DNA of 64,000 nt, from the NCBI GenBank assembly GCA_030390025.1, contig CM059431.1:96846001-96910000 (forward strand), read 5' to 3'. The notes below the pieces were generated by a model. The model was not told where the DNA came from and ran no database searches. It saw nothing but the letters and a program-made list of their open reading frames with translations. The position numbers were made by a program, and so were the translations under genes. This document shows, piece after piece, positions 60,465-64,000 of the stretch. The DNA is from Squalus acanthias (taxonomy: Eukaryota). The stretch's first letter is position 1, and each line of letters begins with the position of its first letter.

Positions 60465-63400
60465 ATAGAAACATAGAAACATAGAAACATAGAAGATAGC
60501 AGCAGGAGTAGGCCATTCGGCCCCTCAAGCCTGCTCCGCCATTCGATGAGATCATGGCTGATCATCCAAACTCAGTACCCTGTACCTGCCTTCTCCCCAT
60601 ATCCCTTGATACCTTTAGCCTTAAGAAATATATCTAACTCCTTCTTGAATATATTTACTGACTTGGCCTCAACTGCCTTCTGTGGTAGAGAATTCCACAG
60701 GTTCACCACTCTCTGGGTGAAGAAATTCCTCCTCATCTCTGTCCTAAATGGCTTACCCCTTATCATTAGACTGTGACCTCTTGTTCTGGACTCACCCGCC
60801 ATCGGGAACATCCTTCCTGCATCCAGTCTGTCTAGCCCTGTTAGAATTTTATAAGTTTCAATGAGATCTCCTCTCATTCTTCTAAACTCCAGCGAGTATA
60901 AGCCCAATCGACCCAATCTCTCCTCGTACATCATTCCTGCCATCCCAGGTATCAGTCTGGTGAATCTTCACTGCACACCCTCCATGGCAAGAACATCCTT
61001 CCTCAGATAAGGCGACCAAAACTGCACACAATACTCAAGGTGTGGTCTCACCAAGGCCCTGTACAGCTGCTGCAAGACATCCTTGTTCCTGTACTCAAAC
61101 CTTCTCGCTACGAAGGCCAACATACCATTTGCCTTCTTAACCGCCTGCTGTACCTGCATGCTTACCTTCAGCAACTGGTGCACAAGGACACCCAGGTCTC
61201 GTTGCACTTCCCCTTTTCCCAATTTATTGCTGTTCAGATAATAATCTGCCTTTCTGTTTTTGCCACCAATGTGGATAACATCGCATTTATCCACATTATA
61301 CTGCATCTGCCATGCTTCTGCCCAATCACCCAACCTGTCCAAATCATACTGGAGTTTCTCTGCATCCTCCTCGCAGCGCACACGCCCACCCAGCTTTGTG
61401 TCATCTGCAAACTTGGAGATATTACATCTAGTTCCCTTGTCTAGATCATTAATATATATTGTGAATAGCTGGGGTCCTAGGATCGATCCCTGCGGAACCC
61501 CACTAGTCACTGCCTGCCACTCGGAAAAAGACCCGTTTATTCCAATTCTTTGCTTCCTGTCTGCCAAACAGTTCTCTATCCAAGTCAGTACCTTGCCCCC
61601 AATCCCATGTGCCTTAACTTTACACGCTAATCTCTTATACGGGACCTTATCGAAAGCCTTCTGAAAGTCCAAATACACCACATCCACTGGTTCTCCCTTA
61701 TCTATTCTATCAGTTACATCCTCAAAAAATTCCAGTAGATTAGTCAAGCACGATTTACCTTTTGTAAATCCATGTTGACTTTGTCTAATCCTGTCACTGT
61801 TTTCCAAGTGCTCTGCTATTACATCTTTTATAATGGACTCTAGCATTTTCCCCACTACCGATGTCAGGATTACCGGTCTATAATTCCCCGTTTTTTCTTT
61901 ACCACCTTTTTTGAACAGTGGGGTAACATTAGCTACCCTCCAATCCATGGGAACTGTTCCAGAGTCTATAGAATTTTGGAAGATGACCAGCAATGCATCT
62001 ACTATTTCTAGGGCCACTTCCTTAAGTACCCTAGGATGTAGATTATCAGGCCCTGGGGATTTATCAGCCTTTAATGCCGTCAATTTCCCTAACACCATTT
62101 CCCTACAAATACTGATTTCATTCAGTTCCTCCCTCTCATTAGACCCTGTGTTCCTCGACATCTCTGGGAGGTTATTTGTGTTCTCCTTTGTGAAGACAGA
62201 GCCAAAGTATGTATTTAATTGGTCTGCCATTTCTTTGTTCCCCATTATAAATTCCCCTGATTCTGACTGCAAGGGACCTATGCTTGACTTCACCAATCTT
62301 TTTCTCTTCACATATTTATAAAAGCTTTTACAGTCAGTTTTTATGTTCCCTGCAAGCTTACGCTCGTACTCTATTTTCCCCCTTTTAATTAATCCCTTTG
62401 TCCTCCTTTGCTGAATCCTAAACTGCTCAATCCTCAGGTTTACTTTTTTTTCTGGCCAATTTATATGTCCTCTCCTTGGATCTTATGCTATCCCTGATTT
62501 CCCTTGTCAGCCATGGTTGAGTCACCTTTTTAATTTTATTTTTATGCCAGACAGGGATGAACAAATTCTGTAGTTCATCCATGCAATCTTTGAATGTTTG
62601 CCATCGCCTATCCACCGTCAACCCTTTGAGTAACATTCCCAAATCTATCCTACCCAACTCATGCCTCACACCATCGTAGTTTCCTTTATTTAAATTCAGG
62701 ACCCTAGTCTCTGAGTCAACTATTTCATTCTCCACCTTAATGAAGAATTCTATCATATTATGATTGCTCCGCCCAAGGGGCCCCGTACAACAAGATTGCT
62801 AATTAATCCTTCCTCGTTACATAATACCCAGTCTAAGATGGCCTGGTCTCTAGTTGGTTCCTCGACATATTGGTCCAGGAAACCATCCCGTATACACTCC
62901 AGGAATTCCTCCTCCACAGTATTGTTGCTAATTTGGTTAGCCCAATCTATATGTAGATTAAAGTCACCCATGATAACTGCTGTGCCCTTATTGCATGCGT
63001 CTCTAATTTCCTGTTTAATGCCATCGCCAACCTCTGCATTACTGTTTGGGGGTCTGTATACCACTCCCACTAACGTTTTCTGCCCCTTGATATTTCTCAG
63101 CTCTACCCATACGGATTCCACATCATCAAAGCTAATATCCTTCCTTACAATTGTGTTAATCCCCTCTTTAACCAGCAATGCTACCCCACCTCCTTTTCCT
63201 TTTTGCCTGTCTTTCCTGAATATTGAATACCCCTGGATGTTGAATTCCCAGCCTTGGTCACCCTGGAGCCATGTCTCCGTAATCCCAATCATATCATATC
63301 CGTTTACCTCTATTAGCGCAGCTAATTCATCCACCTTATTATGAATGCTCCTCGCATTAAGACATAAAGCCTTCAGGCTTGTTTTTTTTAACACTCTTAG

Positions 63401-64000
63401 ACCTTTTAGAATTATTATTTACTGTGGCCATGTTTGATTTAAACTCTTGATTTCTCTGACTGTCACCTTTGCTTTTCTCCTTCCTGTCTTTTGCTTCTAT
63501 CCTTGTTTCCCTTTCCTCTGTCTCCCTGCTCAGGTTCCCAACTCCCTGCCATTTTAGTTTAAACCCTCCTCCCCCAGAGCACTAGCAAACACTCCCCCTA
63601 GGACATCGGTCCCGGCCCTGCCCAGGTGCAAACCGTCCAGTTTGTACTGGTCCCACCTCCCCCAGAACCGGTTCCAATGTCCCAGGAATTTGAATCCCTC
63701 CCCCTTGCACCATTCCTCTAGCCACGTATTCATTTGAAATATCCTTCTATTTCTACTCTGACTAGCACGTGGCACTGGTAGCAATCCTGAGATTACTACC
63801 TTTGAGGTCCTATTTTTTAATTTACCTCCTAACTCCATATATTCTGCTTTTAGGACCTCATCCCGTTTTTTTATCTGTATCGTTGGTACCTATATGCACC
63901 ACGACAACTGGCTGTTCACCCTCCCCCTCCAAAATGCTCTGTAGCTGCTCCGAGACATCCTTAACCCTTGCACCAGGGAGGCAACATACCATCCTGGAGT
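60465..64000 (-). mobile_element. CR1 LINE: ORF2 63394-60572 (few disruptions) and ORF1 C-terminus 63554 to beyond the window
   Basis: Endonuclease CLNARSI..GDFNL, RT YLDFQKAFD/FADD, esterase DGLHL and tail (tttctatg)n. Confidence 0.96.

Noticed and set aside
32992..63344. Plus-strand ORFs antisense to CR1 ORF2 (e.g. 33212, 52429, 61260, 62760)
   Set aside because: Shadow frames of LINE coding sequence.

Overview
Repeat-dense vertebrate genomic DNA. A cartilaginous fish is inferred from the Deu-domain SINEs and abundant CR1 LINEs. There are no prokaryotic features, and most long ORFs in the track are artefacts of tandem repeats or antisense shadows of LINE ORF2. The window holds two tandem segmental duplications: ~10-13.5 kb units at 1129-11113 and 11114-24581, plus the tail of an earlier unit, and a second pair at ~38.5-48.1 kb and ~48.1-56.1 kb. 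Mobile elements include many CR1 LINEs, two of them full length; a complete but decayed two-gene Harbinger transposon (43548-47665) with a paralogous empty site; a hairpin-rich Harbinger-type MITE; and three DeuSINEs with an amplified internal 33-bp hairpin repeat. There is also a 51-bp satellite apparently derived from the CR1 ORF2 C-terminus, and several G/C-rich minisatellites. The small islands of unique sequence carry a series of short minus-strand candidate exons (60-114 nt, AG..GT bounded, phase 1-1). They come in same-length paralogous classes, and several end in an LxxIL-type amphipathic motif. This suggests an unidentified modular gene or pseudogene that expands by exon-block duplication. 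All calls were made by eye and no searches were run.
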